DNA of 64,000 nucleotides from Candidatus Sulfomarinibacteraceae bacterium (GCA_963796455.1 CAWCLO010000004.1:1242263-1306262); one strand, 5' to 3'; counted from the first letter of the stretch, positions 31,536 to 41,740 are shown. Notes: generated by a model not told the origin, from the letters alone. Program-made: numbers and translations.

Positions 31536-32471
31536 TCACCGGCCGCGGGAAGGGCGGCCGGTATTGTAAAGGAAGGTGATGGTAACACCTTCACCATCCA
31601 CCGCTCCGAGATCTGCCGGCAGCGGTTCAAAGGGCGAAGAATCGTGAATTGCATCGCGCGCCGCGAAGTCCATCGGCGGTTTGCCCGATTCATCCATAAT
31701 GCGCAAACCGGTCACCGTCCCATCCGGCTGGATGAAGAATCTGATTTTGACCACGCCCTGGACACCGAGCAGTGCGATCTCCGGGATTCTCCAGTGGCGC
31801 CGGATCTTGGCCAACATGGCTTTGGCGTAGGGGCCCCAGTCGTACCACTGGGTATCGAATGAGAGCCCGCCTGTATCGACCGAGCCGCCGTCGTCGCGGT
31901 CCGGGGTCTCGGGGATCCCGCCGGTGTCAGGCGGCAGCGCCCACGCCCCGGGCGGTGGAAGCTGAATCGCCGGCTGCTGCGGCTGCGCCTCTGCGGCTTC
32001 CTCGCCGGCACCCTCATCTTCAGGTCGTTGTTCGTCGGGACGCTCGGCCGGTTCATCTTCCGGCTGAGGTTGCGGCGGTGGGACCTGCGGCACCGGGCGG
32101 CCCTGCATCTGCGGCGGCGCACCCGAGCCGAGAAATTGGTTGCCGTCAGCCTGTACGAGCTGTGGCGTGGATCCGCGAACGGTCGGCGCAGCGGCGGCCT
32201 CGCCTTCGCCACCGTGGGCCTGCCGGTCCATATCCGAAAGTGGAACCTGATCCGACACCGGTGGCTCCTCGCGGTCGTCCGGGAGATCCACGAATTCGAA
32301 TTCGAGCGGTTGTTGGGCATCCGCCGACGTCTCTGGCACCAACTCCACCGCCGCCGCATCTTTGGTCGGCACGAGTTGGACGAGACGATCCGCGACGATA
32401 AAGATCAGCAGCAGATGGAGCAGCAGCGAGATCTCCAGCGCGCGGCGGAATAAGCTCTTGTTCTTTCGCAC
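31536..32471 (-). CDS. tonB: TonB/TolA-family energy transducer
   Basis: N-terminal TM SLLLH; Pro/Glu/Gln-rich linker; TonB_C-like domain (IRRHW.IP...F.I.PDG.V...SG..PMD). Confidence 0.78.
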   Translation of the reverse strand: MRKNKSLFRRALEISLLLHLLLIFIVADRLVQLVPTKDAAAVELVPETSADAQQPLEFEFVDLPDDREEPPVSDQVPLSDMDRQAHGGEGEAAAAPTVRGSTPQLVQADGNQFLGSGAPPQMQGRPVPQVPPPQPQPEDEPAERPDEQRPEDEGAGEEAAEAQPQQPAIQLPPPGAWALPPDTGGIPETPDRDDGGSVDTGGLSFDTQWYDWGPYAKAMLAKIRRHWRIPEIALLGVQGVVKIRFFIQPDGTVTGLRIMDESGKPPMDFAARDAIHDSSPFEPLPADLGAVDGEGVTITFLYNTGRPSRGR

Positions 32472-32778
32472 GGTCCTAACCTAGCAATTTCCTTGCCATT
32501 GTTGTTTGCCTTGAGATGCCACGCCCATGGACCTCATCGAAGCAGTGAACAGCGTCCTGGCCTGCGTCAAATCCATATTTTCTCGAAAGCCCTCACCAGG
32601 TGTCCCGGTGCCGCTTTGGCAGATAGTAGCCACCCTGACTCAATAACGCCATGCCTATTCCTAAAGATTCCTTGAGCGACGGTCTCTATCGTCATACGGG
32701 GAAATTGTATTGCGGATGCATCTGTTACCGAATGGACGGCAACCTCATACACCAAACAACGACTATTCGGAGGACCCA

Positions 32779-33378
32779 ATGAAGAAAATACTGATCATCG
32801 CTGCGCTCGTCATCGCAGTCGGTTTCGGTACCGCCGCCGCCGCAGGAACCTACGCCATCGACAGCACCCATTCGACCGTCGGATTCAAGGTCCGGCATCT
32901 GGTATCGAAGGTCAGCGGTGAGTTCACAGAATTCGACGCCACCATCACCGCCGACTTCGACAACCTCGATGCGAGCAATGTGGAGTTCGTGATCCAGACC
33001 GCCAGCATCGACACCGCCAACGAAAAACGCGACGGCCATCTGCGTTCACCCGATTTCTTCGATGCCGAGAACCACCCCCAGATCACCTTCAAGAGCAAGA
33101 GGATCACAAAAGTCGACAAGGACACCTTTTCGGTCGTCGGTGATCTGACCATGCGCGGCGTCAGCAAGGAGATCACCCTCAGGGTCGACTATCTCGGTGA
33201 GATGGAGGCCTTCGGCGAAACCCGTGCGGGCTACGAACTGTCCACCACCATCAATCGGAAGGATTTCGGCGTGTCATGGAACAGAGCCCTCGATGCCGGC
33301 GGATTCGTTCTCGGCGAAGATGTCGATGTTTCAATCACCCTCGCCGCCGTCAAGGACAAGGACGAAGAATCAGAGTAG
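32779..33378 (+). CDS. yceI: YceI-family polyisoprenoid-binding periplasmic protein
   Basis: Signal peptide; IDSTHSTVGF.VRH; RDGHLRSPDFFD; INRKDFG; GGAGG RBS. Confidence 0.92.
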   Translation: MKKILIIAALVIAVGFGTAAAAGTYAIDSTHSTVGFKVRHLVSKVSGEFTEFDATITADFDNLDASNVEFVIQTASIDTANEKRDGHLRSPDFFDAENHPQITFKSKRITKVDKDTFSVVGDLTMRGVSKEITLRVDYLGEMEAFGETRAGYELSTTINRKDFGVSWNRALDAGGFVLGEDVDVSITLAAVKDKDEESE

Positions 33379-33572
33379 TTCGGATTTCGGATTTCGGATT
33401 TCGGATTTCGGATTTCGGAGTTCGGAGTTCGGAGTTCGGAGTTCGGAGTTCGGCCAGGATACTCGCCCAGGAGAAACCGCAGATCACGCAGATGAACGCT
33501 GATATCGGATCGGTCTTTTGAGTCATCCTCTTTTTCATTTCTATCTGCGTCGATCTGCGCTATCTGCGGTTT
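33379..33572. mobile_element. Heptamer array (TTCGGAT x5, TTCGGAG x5) + linker + 9-mer inverted-repeat MITE-like unit; inverted relative of 3625-3862
   Basis: Reverse complement matches 3629-3691 and 3770-3845, including the linker gagtatccyggccgaa. Confidence 0.7.
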
Positions 33573-33645
33573 GTGATGTGCGCGGATGGCAATTCGGTTC
33601 GCGGCAAGAAGAAGGCTGCACGAGCACTGGTATACGATAGCGGCC

Positions 33646-34998
33646 ATGAGCAATTTTGATTTTGATTTCTTCGTCATCGGTGCGGGTTCCGGTGGGGTTC
33701 GTGCGGCCAGGATGGCGTCTGGTTTTGGCGCCAGAGTCGCGGTTGCCGAGTCTTCACGGCTCGGCGGCACCTGCGTCAACCTCGGTTGCGTTCCAAAAAA
33801 GCTGATGGTCTACGCCTCGGGGTACAGCGCCGATTTCACCGACTCCGCCGGCTTTGGCTGGACTGTGCCGGCACCGAGTTTTGACTGGCAAACCCTGGTT
33901 GAGAACCGCGACCGGGAGATCAGCCGCCTCAATGGGATCTATCAAGGCATCCTCGAAGGCGCCGGGGTTCAGATCATCGAAGGCAGGGCGAGGCTCCTCG
34001 ATCGCCACACCGTCGAGATCAACGACTCTACCGTGACCGCCGACAAGATCCTGATCGCCACCGGAGGCCGGCCCTTCAAGGCGCCGATCGAGGGCAGCGA
34101 ATTCGGCGTGACATCCGATGAGATCTTTCATCTCGACGAACTGCCGAAAAAGCTCATCATCACCGGCGGTGGATATATCGCGGTGGAGTTCGCATGCATC
34201 TTCAACGGTTTGGGGAGCGAGGTCACGCTGAACTATCGTGGTCCGCTTTTTCTCCGTGGATTTGACGACGATGTCCGGACCACCCTCGCGGAGGAAATGC
34301 GGCAGAACGGTATCGATCTTCGCTTCGAGACCCTGATCGATCGTATCGATCGCAAGGGCGACCGGTTGCAGGCCACCTTGAGCACCGGCGGCACTCTCGA
34401 GGCCGATCAGCTGTTGTGTGCGCTGGGGCGCCGGCCAAACACCGAGAATCTCGGGCTCGAAGAGATCGGCGTCGATCTCGCAGTCAATGGGGCCGTCCTG
34501 GTCGACGAGAACTTCCAGTCCACGGTCCCCGGCATCTACGCAATCGGCGACTGTATCGATCGCATTGCGCTCACACCGGTCGCCCTGGCCGAAGGCATGG
34601 CTCTGGTACAGACCCTCTTCAACAACAACCCGACCACGGTCAACTACACCAACGTCCCGTCGGCGGTTTTCAGCCAACCGCCCATCGGCACCGTCGGTCT
34701 GTCCGAGAACGAGGCGCGCGAGGCCGGCATTGATGTGGAGATCTATCGTTCCTCGTTCCGACCGATGCGCAACACGATGTCGGGGCGCGAAGGCAAGGTG
34801 ATGATGAAGTTGGTGGTGGATCGAAAATCAGACCGCGTCGTCGGTGTGCACATGGTGGGCGCCGATGCGGGCGAGATCGTCCAGGGGATGGCGGTGGCCC
34901 TGAAGGCCGGCGCCACCAAGGCAACCTTCGACTCGACGATCGGCATTCATCCGACAGCCGCCGAAGAGTTCGTCACGATGCGCACGCCCGTCGATTGA
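33646..34998 (+). CDS. gor: Glutathione-disulfide reductase
   Basis: GAGSGG; GGTCVNLGCVPKK redox disulfide; GGGYIAVEF; HPTAAEEF; TACGAT 7 nt before ATG. Confidence 0.93.
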   Translation: MSNFDFDFFVIGAGSGGVRAARMASGFGARVAVAESSRLGGTCVNLGCVPKKLMVYASGYSADFTDSAGFGWTVPAPSFDWQTLVENRDREISRLNGIYQGILEGAGVQIIEGRARLLDRHTVEINDSTVTADKILIATGGRPFKAPIEGSEFGVTSDEIFHLDELPKKLIITGGGYIAVEFACIFNGLGSEVTLNYRGPLFLRGFDDDVRTTLAEEMRQNGIDLRFETLIDRIDRKGDRLQATLSTGGTLEADQLLCALGRRPNTENLGLEEIGVDLAVNGAVLVDENFQSTVPGIYAIGDCIDRIALTPVALAEGMALVQTLFNNNPTTVNYTNVPSAVFSQPPIGTVGLSENEAREAGIDVEIYRSSFRPMRNTMSGREGKVMMKLVVDRKSDRVVGVHMVGADAGEIVQGMAVALKAGATKATFDSTIGIHPTAAEEFVTMRTPVD

Positions 34999-35056
34999 AT
35001 GGGGATCGCAGTCGAACGTTCCAGAATCAATGGGCCGAACGTTGCGATGGAAATTC

Positions 35057-35659
35057 CTAATTCCGAATTCCGAATTCCGAATTCTCTTTGAGCGCTTCGC
35101 TCAAAGACTCTGGCGTATTGCAGTTGGCAACCACACCCGGATCGTCGACTTCGAGATCGACCGCGACGATTTCCCGCAACACCTCTCGCATGGTCGGACC
35201 ATTCAGATCGCCGGCCACAATCGAGGCCACGATCGATCGATCGATGACGATCGGATGCCCATGTTTTCCCCTGAAAGAGGCGATCACGGCTCCACCCTCG
35301 GCGGCGCCGAGCTTGCGAATCGTTTCGGCTTGAACAAGCGGGTGATCGACCGGCAGCACGGCCAGACGGTCCCAGTCCTCGCTCTGGACGAGAAAGCTCA
35401 ACCCGACCCGAATCGACGCAAACATGTCGAGGCCGTGTTCGGGGAGCGGCAGCGCCTCGAGACCGTCGATAAAAGGGCCCTGTGATTCCGGCGGCAGAGT
35501 CGCAGCCACACGTACGGCTCCAGCCCCTTGAAGAGCGTCCGAACATGCCTGCAGAAAACTCCGCCCATCCGGCAACCCAGCCCAAGCCTTTGGCCCACCA
35601 AAGCGCTTGCCCTCGCCCCCGGCAAGGATCAAACCCGCAAGCTGAATCGAAGGATTCAT
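35057..35659 (-). CDS. MobA/MocA-like molybdopterin nucleotidyltransferase
   Basis: LILAGGEGKRFGGPK; VDHP; GKHGHP; NCNTPE; near a Mo-hydroxylase operon; last codons come from a TTCGGAA array. Confidence 0.82.
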   Translation of the reverse strand: MNPSIQLAGLILAGGEGKRFGGPKAWAGLPDGRSFLQACSDALQGAGAVRVAATLPPESQGPFIDGLEALPLPEHGLDMFASIRVGLSFLVQSEDWDRLAVLPVDHPLVQAETIRKLGAAEGGAVIASFRGKHGHPIVIDRSIVASIVAGDLNGPTMREVLREIVAVDLEVDDPGVVANCNTPESLSEALKENSEFGIRN

Positions 35660-35671
35660 GGAGATACCGAA

Positions 35672-35732
35672 AGCAGAGGAGCAGAGGGGCCTACAGGCGG
35701 AGGAGCAGAGGGGCAGAGGAGCAGAGGAGCAC
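35672..35732 (+). repeat. GCAGAGGR octamer array (left arm around the four-helix-bundle gene)
   Basis: gcagaggagcagaggggc...ggagcagaggggcagaggagcagaggagcac. Confidence 0.85.
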
Positions 35733-35771
35733 AGGCTTCCGTCAGGATCTCGACATCCGGGTGGTCCAGCT

Positions 35772-36221
35772 TCACTTGTCGGCCCGATTTTTGATGGGAA
35801 GAATCCAAGGATCCGGATATGAGATCATTTTTACCAACATCTTCAGCACCTTCTCATACTCCAGTTTGAGCCGGGTTGCAGATTCCTTGTCGAGATATCC
35901 GCACTCCTCTGCAAATTGCACCCACGTTTGCGTCTCAGCCGCCTCAGCCTCTGCGTGATTTAACGAGTTCTGGAACGCTGCTCGGTACCGCCTCTTTCTC
36001 CAAGCTTCAGCAATATTTGCACACACCGATCGTGATGACCTCCGAATCTGGTCGGTTAACGAGTATCGCTCCTCTCTCGGAAACGATTTCGACAAAACAA
36101 AAACCTCGTTCGCTAACCGGAAGGCCAACGCATAGGTTTCCAGCTGATCATGCCTCGCGATACCGGCCTTCATAGGGTCCGAAACCAGATTTACGTCATT
36201 GTTTTCAGGGTATTCGTCCAA
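35772..36221 (-). CDS. Four-helix-bundle protein (23S rRNA IVP / bAvd-like family); start may be ATG 36173
   Basis: FPREERYSLTDQIRRSSRSVCANIAEAWRKRRY...AEAEAAETQTW; visibly more AT-rich than its neighbours. Confidence 0.92.
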   Translation of the reverse strand: MDEYPENNDVNLVSDPMKAGIARHDQLETYALAFRLANEVFVLSKSFPREERYSLTDQIRRSSRSVCANIAEAWRKRRYRAAFQNSLNHAEAEAAETQTWVQFAEECGYLDKESATRLKLEYEKVLKMLVKMISYPDPWILPIKNRADK

Positions 36222-36228
36222 AGCTCAT

Positions 36229-36262
36229 CTCCTCTGCTCCTCTGCCCCTCCGCTCCTCCGCC
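36229..36262 (+). repeat. YCCTCYGC octamer array (right arm, inverted relative to 35672-35732)
   Basis: ctcctctgctcctctgcccctccgctcctccgcc. Confidence 0.85.
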
Positions 36263-36281
36263 AGCCGAGGGTTCGTACCAT

Positions 36282-37049
36282 TTAACTCTTCCACAAACAC
36301 ACCCTGCGGACTCCGGTGATCTGGGACGTCACGGCTCCCTGTTCGACGGCGCGCACGACTCCGGCGGGGTCGTCGACCAGGGTGCCGCAGAGGACGTCGA
36401 TCCCGAACTGGTGCAGCATCGGCGTCAGCGGCGTGCTCGGACCGAGCATCATCACGAATGCATCCGTGCGGACCCTGGCGAGGACCTCCGGCAGCGTCCG
36501 GTTGAGCAGCGTGGTGGCAGTGACGGCCACGACATCGGCCTCGGGCAGCAGCTCTGCCATGGCCTCGGCATCGAGGTCGTCGTCGCGCCGGTTGGCGCCG
36601 CGCTCGAAGACCCAGAGTTGGCCGCAACTCTCCGCCAACCGGTCGGCAAAGGGAAACCGACCGACCATGGCCACGTTCTTGCCCTGTCCGTAGTCGCGAA
36701 GAATCTCGACGGCCTTGGCTTCGGTGAGACCCTGGGCGATCGGACCGAGAACGGAGTTGGCGGCCGCAAGCCCGATGGCCGCTTCCGGAGGGGACTCCGA
36801 GCGGATGAGTCCCGCCAACTCGATGATCGGCAGCGCATCCAGCGTCCCCGCCTTTCGAATCGGCTGCGAACCGTGGAGATGATCTTCCGAGCGCAGACTC
36901 GAGGCCATCCCTGCGCCCAGACTGGTCCGGACCACCGTCCAGTACGGCCCGACTCTGAGATCGAAGAGATCGGCCCGCGGCGCGGCGGCCACAGCATCGA
37001 GGATCACATCGGCAAAGATGCCGGAGGAGGAGAAGGAGTCGTTTTCCAT
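36282..37049 (-). CDS. DUF364/DUF4213 Rossmann-like protein
   Basis: AIGLAAANS, VAMVGRFP, VTATTLLNRT, LGPSTP; the ORF extension to 37853 is antisense to the Fe-S subunit. Confidence 0.82.
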   Translation of the reverse strand: MENDSFSSSGIFADVILDAVAAAPRADLFDLRVGPYWTVVRTSLGAGMASSLRSEDHLHGSQPIRKAGTLDALPIIELAGLIRSESPPEAAIGLAAANSVLGPIAQGLTEAKAVEILRDYGQGKNVAMVGRFPFADRLAESCGQLWVFERGANRRDDDLDAEAMAELLPEADVVAVTATTLLNRTLPEVLARVRTDAFVMMLGPSTPLTPMLHQFGIDVLCGTLVDDPAGVVRAVEQGAVTSQITGVRRVCLWKS

Positions 37050-37139
37050 GCCGACCAGAGTACAATCACCACATGAATTCTCTCGATTGAAAATGCAAGA
37101 GCAATCCCGACCCCTTTTCTGGGTCGAACGGGAGGCACC

Positions 37140-37763
37140 ATGGCAAAAAAACCCGATCCGACAACCGAAACGAAAAAAGGCGTCACCCGAAGAGGTTTCC
37201 TGAGTTCGGTCGGCGCCGGCGCGGCGGTCGTCGCCACCGGCGTCAGCAGCCGGGCGGAGGCGATTCCGGAGATCACCGATCCGGACGAGATGGTGCAGGT
37301 GGCCCTGAAGATCAATGGCCGCCTTCACCAGATCCTCGTCGAACCCCGCTGGACGCTGCTTTTTGTTCTGCGCGAACGGCTCGGCATCACCGGAACCAAG
37401 GCCGGATGCGAACGGGGCGAGTGCGGCAGTTGCACCGTCCTGATCGACGGGCTCCCTCGATATGCCTGTATGACTTTGACGGTCGAGGCCGAGGGCGGCG
37501 AGATCACGACCGTCGAGGGCTTGCTCGAAGGCGAAGAACTGGGTGAGACCCAGAAGGCATTTGTCGAGGAAGACGCGTTCCAGTGTGGCTACTGCACGCC
37601 GGGTCAGATCATGGCGGCCGAGGGTCTGTTGCGCGCCAATCCCTCCCCCACCCTGCACCAGATCCACCACGGCATGAGCGGCAATCTGTGCCGCTGCGGA
37701 GCTTACGCCCACATCACCAATGCGGTGGCCACGGCAGCCAAAAACAAGAAGGGAGAGAGCTGA
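37140..37763 (+). CDS. Molybdenum hydroxylase 2x[2Fe-2S] subunit with Tat signal (PaoA/YagT-like)
   Basis: TRRGFL; GCERGECGSCT...C; QCGYCTPG; GNLCRC. Confidence 0.92.
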   Translation: MAKKPDPTTETKKGVTRRGFLSSVGAGAAVVATGVSSRAEAIPEITDPDEMVQVALKINGRLHQILVEPRWTLLFVLRERLGITGTKAGCERGECGSCTVLIDGLPRYACMTLTVEAEGGEITTVEGLLEGEELGETQKAFVEEDAFQCGYCTPGQIMAAEGLLRANPSPTLHQIHHGMSGNLCRCGAYAHITNAVATAAKNKKGES

Positions 37764-40066
37764 TGGAAAACGAGACTCCCTATTGGATTGACGGACCGGT
37801 CCCGGAAACCCCCGAGGGCTCGAGTGAATACCCGGAGCCCTGGAAAAAAACAACCATCGTCGGCACCAGGGTTCCCAGGGTCGACGGTTACGAACGGGTC
37901 AGCGGCAGCGCCGTCTACCCCCACGATGTATCGCTCCCTGAGATGCTTCACGGGGCGATTCTCCGTTGTCCGCACGCCCACGCCAGGGTCGTGAGTGTAG
38001 ATACCAGCAAAGCGGAGAAAATGCCCGGCGTTCGTGCAGTGCTCAGCGGCGCCTCCCCCGGCGCTGATATCCCCTGGTATGAACGGAGGGGCAAATCCTA
38101 TAGCAAGCTCTTCGATTCTCATTGTCGGCACGAGGGTGAAGAGGTGGCAGTGGTTGCAGCCGAGACGCTGCCCCAGGCAGTCGATGCCATCCGCGCCATC
38201 GAGGTCCGGTACGAAGTCCTGCCCTTTGTCATCGATGACCACAAAGCGCTCGAACCCTCGGCGCCCGCCGTTCATGAGGACGGAAATTTGGTCGGCGAGC
38301 CTTCGGTCCGCGAACGCGGCGATATCACCTCCGGGTTCGCTGCTGCGGAGGTGATCGTCGAGCGCACCTACAGCACCTCCTGCCAGATCCACGCGCCAAT
38401 GGAGCCCCACGGCTCGGTGGCCAGGTGGGAAGGTTCCAGGCTCACGGTCTGGGACAGCACCCAGGGCGTATACAGCGTGCAACAGAGCATGGCTCAGGCT
38501 CTGGGCCTGCCGCTCGCGAATGTGCGGGTCATCGGCCACTACATGGGCGGCGGCTTCGGCGCCAAGCTCGAAACCGGAAAATATACGGTCTACGCCGCGC
38601 TGATGGCCAAGTCCACGGGGCGACCTGTCAAGATCTTCTTGCCGCGCGAAGACTGCATGCGGGTCACGGGTAACCGTCCGGGAAACACCATGACCGTGAA
38701 GATCGGAGCCAAAAAGAACGGCGAGCTGACCGCCATCGACTACAAAAGCCTCGGCTCCAACGGCGCCTACCCCTACAACGCCGGCACCAGCACCATGGCT
38801 GCCTATCTCTACACTTGTCCGAACCTGCGCACCGAAGACGTGTCGGTCTACACCAACGCCGGCAAGTCCAGACCGATGCGCGGACCCGGCTTCCCGCAAT
38901 GCGCGTGGGCACTCGAACAAGCGATGGACGAATTGGCCCAAAAACTCGAAATCGGCCCCATCGATCTCCGACTCCGCAATCTCTCCGATGTCGCGCAGAT
39001 CCGCGACGGAATGCCCTACACCTCGAACGAGCTCGTCGCCTGTCTCGAAAAAGGCGCCGAGGCCTTTGATTGGAAGTCCGGCAGTTCCACCTCGGGAGAC
39101 GAAAAACACCTGCGCCGGGGAGTCGGCATGGCAGCGTGTTTCTGGGGCTACGCCGGAGGCCCGCCGTCAACTGTGATCGTCAAGTTTCACTCCGACGGCA
39201 GCGTCAACTTGAACATGGGTGCATCCGACATCGGGACCGGTACCAAGACCTGGGCCGCCATGATCGTGGCCGAGGAACTCGGGGTCCCGGTTGAACAAAT
39301 TCAGATCGAGCACGCCGATACGGCGACCACCCAGTACGCCACTTCTTCCGGTGGCAGCAAGACGGTTCCTTCGGATTCACCCGCTGTTCGCGCGGCCGCC
39401 TATGCGGTAAAAAAACAGCTCATCGAGATGGCGGCTGAACAACTCGAAACTGAAATCTCAGGGCTTGAAATGCGCGGCCGCGAGATTATCAGTCGGGCGG
39501 ATTCTGAACAGAAGATCGATGTCACAGCGCTCAACAAACTGAACCGGCAGGGTCTCGTGGTCGGCACCGGCTATCGCGAACCCAACCCGGAGGACAAGAT
39601 CACATGGCCCTTCGGTGCCCAGTTCTGCGAGGTGGAGGTCAATACCCGCACTGGAGAAGTGAGGCTTCTCCGTTTCCTCGGTGCGCACGATTCGGGCCGG
39701 GTCCTCAACCGCTTGACCTATGACAACCAGCTCTTTGGCGGTATCACGATGGGGGTCGGTCTCGGAATGACCGAAGAACGGGTACTTGACCGCCAGACAG
39801 GCAAGATGGCCAACGCCAACCTCCACGACTACAAGGTTCCGACGATCAAAGATGTCGCGCTCGAGCACATCTGTCTGCCGATCGACCACCCCGACAACGA
39901 GTTCAATACAACCGGCACGAAGGGACTCGGCGAACCGGCGACGATCCCTACCGCAGCGGCCTATGCAAACGCCATCAACGATGCCCTCGGTCTGAGAATC
40001 GCAGAGGGACCGATCACCCCAACGAGAATCCTGAATGCCCTCCAGACGCAGGGAAAGGGGGCCTGA
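37763..40066 (+). CDS. Xanthine dehydrogenase/aldehyde oxidoreductase molybdopterin-binding subunit (PaoC/YagR-like)
   Basis: HAPMEPH, GGGFGAK, MRGPG, DIGTGT, KGLGEP; TGATG overlap. Confidence 0.92.
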   Translation: MENETPYWIDGPVPETPEGSSEYPEPWKKTTIVGTRVPRVDGYERVSGSAVYPHDVSLPEMLHGAILRCPHAHARVVSVDTSKAEKMPGVRAVLSGASPGADIPWYERRGKSYSKLFDSHCRHEGEEVAVVAAETLPQAVDAIRAIEVRYEVLPFVIDDHKALEPSAPAVHEDGNLVGEPSVRERGDITSGFAAAEVIVERTYSTSCQIHAPMEPHGSVARWEGSRLTVWDSTQGVYSVQQSMAQALGLPLANVRVIGHYMGGGFGAKLETGKYTVYAALMAKSTGRPVKIFLPREDCMRVTGNRPGNTMTVKIGAKKNGELTAIDYKSLGSNGAYPYNAGTSTMAAYLYTCPNLRTEDVSVYTNAGKSRPMRGPGFPQCAWALEQAMDELAQKLEIGPIDLRLRNLSDVAQIRDGMPYTSNELVACLEKGAEAFDWKSGSSTSGDEKHLRRGVGMAACFWGYAGGPPSTVIVKFHSDGSVNLNMGASDIGTGTKTWAAMIVAEELGVPVEQIQIEHADTATTQYATSSGGSKTVPSDSPAVRAAAYAVKKQLIEMAAEQLETEISGLEMRGREIISRADSEQKIDVTALNKLNRQGLVVGTGYREPNPEDKITWPFGAQFCEVEVNTRTGEVRLLRFLGAHDSGRVLNRLTYDNQLFGGITMGVGLGMTEERVLDRQTGKMANANLHDYKVPTIKDVALEHICLPIDHPDNEFNTTGTKGLGEPATIPTAAAYANAINDALGLRIAEGPITPTRILNALQTQGKGA

Positions 40067-40067
40067 A

Positions 40068-41039
40068 ATGCTTCCGAAATTCACCTATTCCAGGCCTGAA
40101 AACCTCAAAGCCGCTCTGGCCGTTCTCGATGAACGACCGGCGGTGATCCACGGCGGGGGCACCGATCTGCTCGGGTGTCTCCGCGAAGGCGTCATCAAAT
40201 CCGAAACAGTGCTTTCGCTCTCGGCGATCGACGGACTCGCCGGCATCCGCGCCGCTGACGGCGGCCTGAGAATCGGCGCCCTGACCACGGTGGCGGAGGT
40301 GGCCGCAGACAAGGCCGTGGGCGCCAGGTATCAGGCGCTATCGGAGGCCGCCGAATCGGTCGCCAGTCCCCAGCTCCGCAACCAGGGAACCATCGCAGGC
40401 AACCTCTGCCAGAAGCCCCGCTGCTGGTATTACCGCGGCGACTTCGACTGCCTGCGCAAGGGCGGGGACATGTGTTACGCCGTCGAAGGCGAGAACCAAT
40501 ACCACTGCATCTTCGGTGGCGACATGTGCTATATCGTCCACCCGTCGGACACCGCGCCCGCTTTTGCAGCTCTTGGGGCCATCTGCCGGATCGCCGGCCC
40601 GAGCGGCAGCCGGTCGGTCCCGGTGGAAAAACTGCACGTCTTGCCCGGTGATGATCCTCAGCGCGAAACGGTGCTCGAGCCCGACGAGATCCTCACCGAG
40701 ATCATGTTGCCGGTTGCTCCGGCCGGGCTGCGTTCGTCCTACCGCAAGGTGAGGACGCGAGGCGCCTGGGACTTCGCGCTGGCAGGTGTCGCCTTGGCTC
40801 TCGTTTTCGATGGCGACACCGTCAAATCGGCAAGGGTTTTTCTCTCGGCGGCAGCGCCGATTCCGTGGCGCGCCACCGGAGTCGAGACGGCGATCACCGG
40901 GACCACCCTCGATGACGCCACCATCGCCAAGGCCGCCAAGGCTGCGGTCGCGGGCGCCGAGCCTCTCGAGTTGAACGGATACAAGGTGCCGCTCTTCGAA
41001 GGTCTCGTGACCGAACAATTGGAGGCGATCAGGGGGTAG
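40068..41039 (+). CDS. Molybdenum hydroxylase FAD subunit with [4Fe-4S] insertion (PaoB/YagS-like)
   Basis: GGGTDL; ASPQLRNQGTIAGNL; PRCWYYR..C....G..C...C..VHPSD. Confidence 0.92.
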   Translation: MLPKFTYSRPENLKAALAVLDERPAVIHGGGTDLLGCLREGVIKSETVLSLSAIDGLAGIRAADGGLRIGALTTVAEVAADKAVGARYQALSEAAESVASPQLRNQGTIAGNLCQKPRCWYYRGDFDCLRKGGDMCYAVEGENQYHCIFGGDMCYIVHPSDTAPAFAALGAICRIAGPSGSRSVPVEKLHVLPGDDPQRETVLEPDEILTEIMLPVAPAGLRSSYRKVRTRGAWDFALAGVALALVFDGDTVKSARVFLSAAAPIPWRATGVETAITGTTLDDATIAKAAKAAVAGAEPLELNGYKVPLFEGLVTEQLEAIRG

Positions 41040-41044
41040 CCAAG

Positions 41045-41740
41045 TTAAGTTCGGAGTTCGGAATCCCGGACCCGCAGATCCTTCGACTTCGCGCCCGGGG
41101 CGCTTCGCTCAGGATGACATCTTGAAGGACAGTGCCGCTCCCGATCCCGTTCCCGAAGGGGAGAATAAGCCCTGACATCGCAGAGGAGCATGGGGCGGAG
41201 GGGGCGCTTGCTTTCGATAAGCAACTGTCGGTTCATTTCTGTAGTCCGACTCGTGATTCGTACGCGTACCCGAAGAGAGAACTACACATCGCGGAAATCA
41301 CCGGTAGGTCAATGTTGCCTCACGATGTCATCCTGAACGCCAGATGCCCAATGGGCGCGCGTGGCGCCTCCCGATGTCATCCTGAGCGGAGCCCGCCCTG
41401 GGGCGCAGTCGAAGGATCTATGAGATGGACCAAAGCCCCCGTGTGCCGCAGATCCTTCGACTGCGCGCCGAAGGCGCTTCGCTCAGGATGACATCTTGAA
41501 CGACAGTTCCGATCCCGCTCCCGTTCCCGTGCGGGAGGATCAGCCTCAACATCGCAGAGGGGCATGGGTTGGAAGGGCAGGGGGCGTTCGCTATCGCTAT
41601 CGGGATCGCTATCGATATCGAACGGCTGCAACGGATACAGACATCGAAAGACAGGAAGGGCCTGACCCGTTGGTGGTTCGCGATAGGGGTCGTGTCTCTC
41701 CGTCTCCCTTTCTCCCCTGCTCCCTTTCTCCCTTTCTGGG
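41045..41740. repeat. Composite spacer: TTCGGAG units, palindrome half (41076-41121), TCCCGN hexamers, full palindrome (41373-41495), TCGCTA hexamers, TTTCTCCC array
   Basis: Direct reading of the sequence. Confidence 0.8.

Noticed and set aside
30457..32471. Novel TonB-dependent uptake system
   Set aside because: Ordinary tonB-exbB-exbD motor with no receptor nearby; nothing unusual is supported.
35772..36221. Diversity-generating retroelement (Avd-like gene)
   Set aside because: No reverse transcriptase and no TR/VR pair with adenine-specific mismatches seen in the window.
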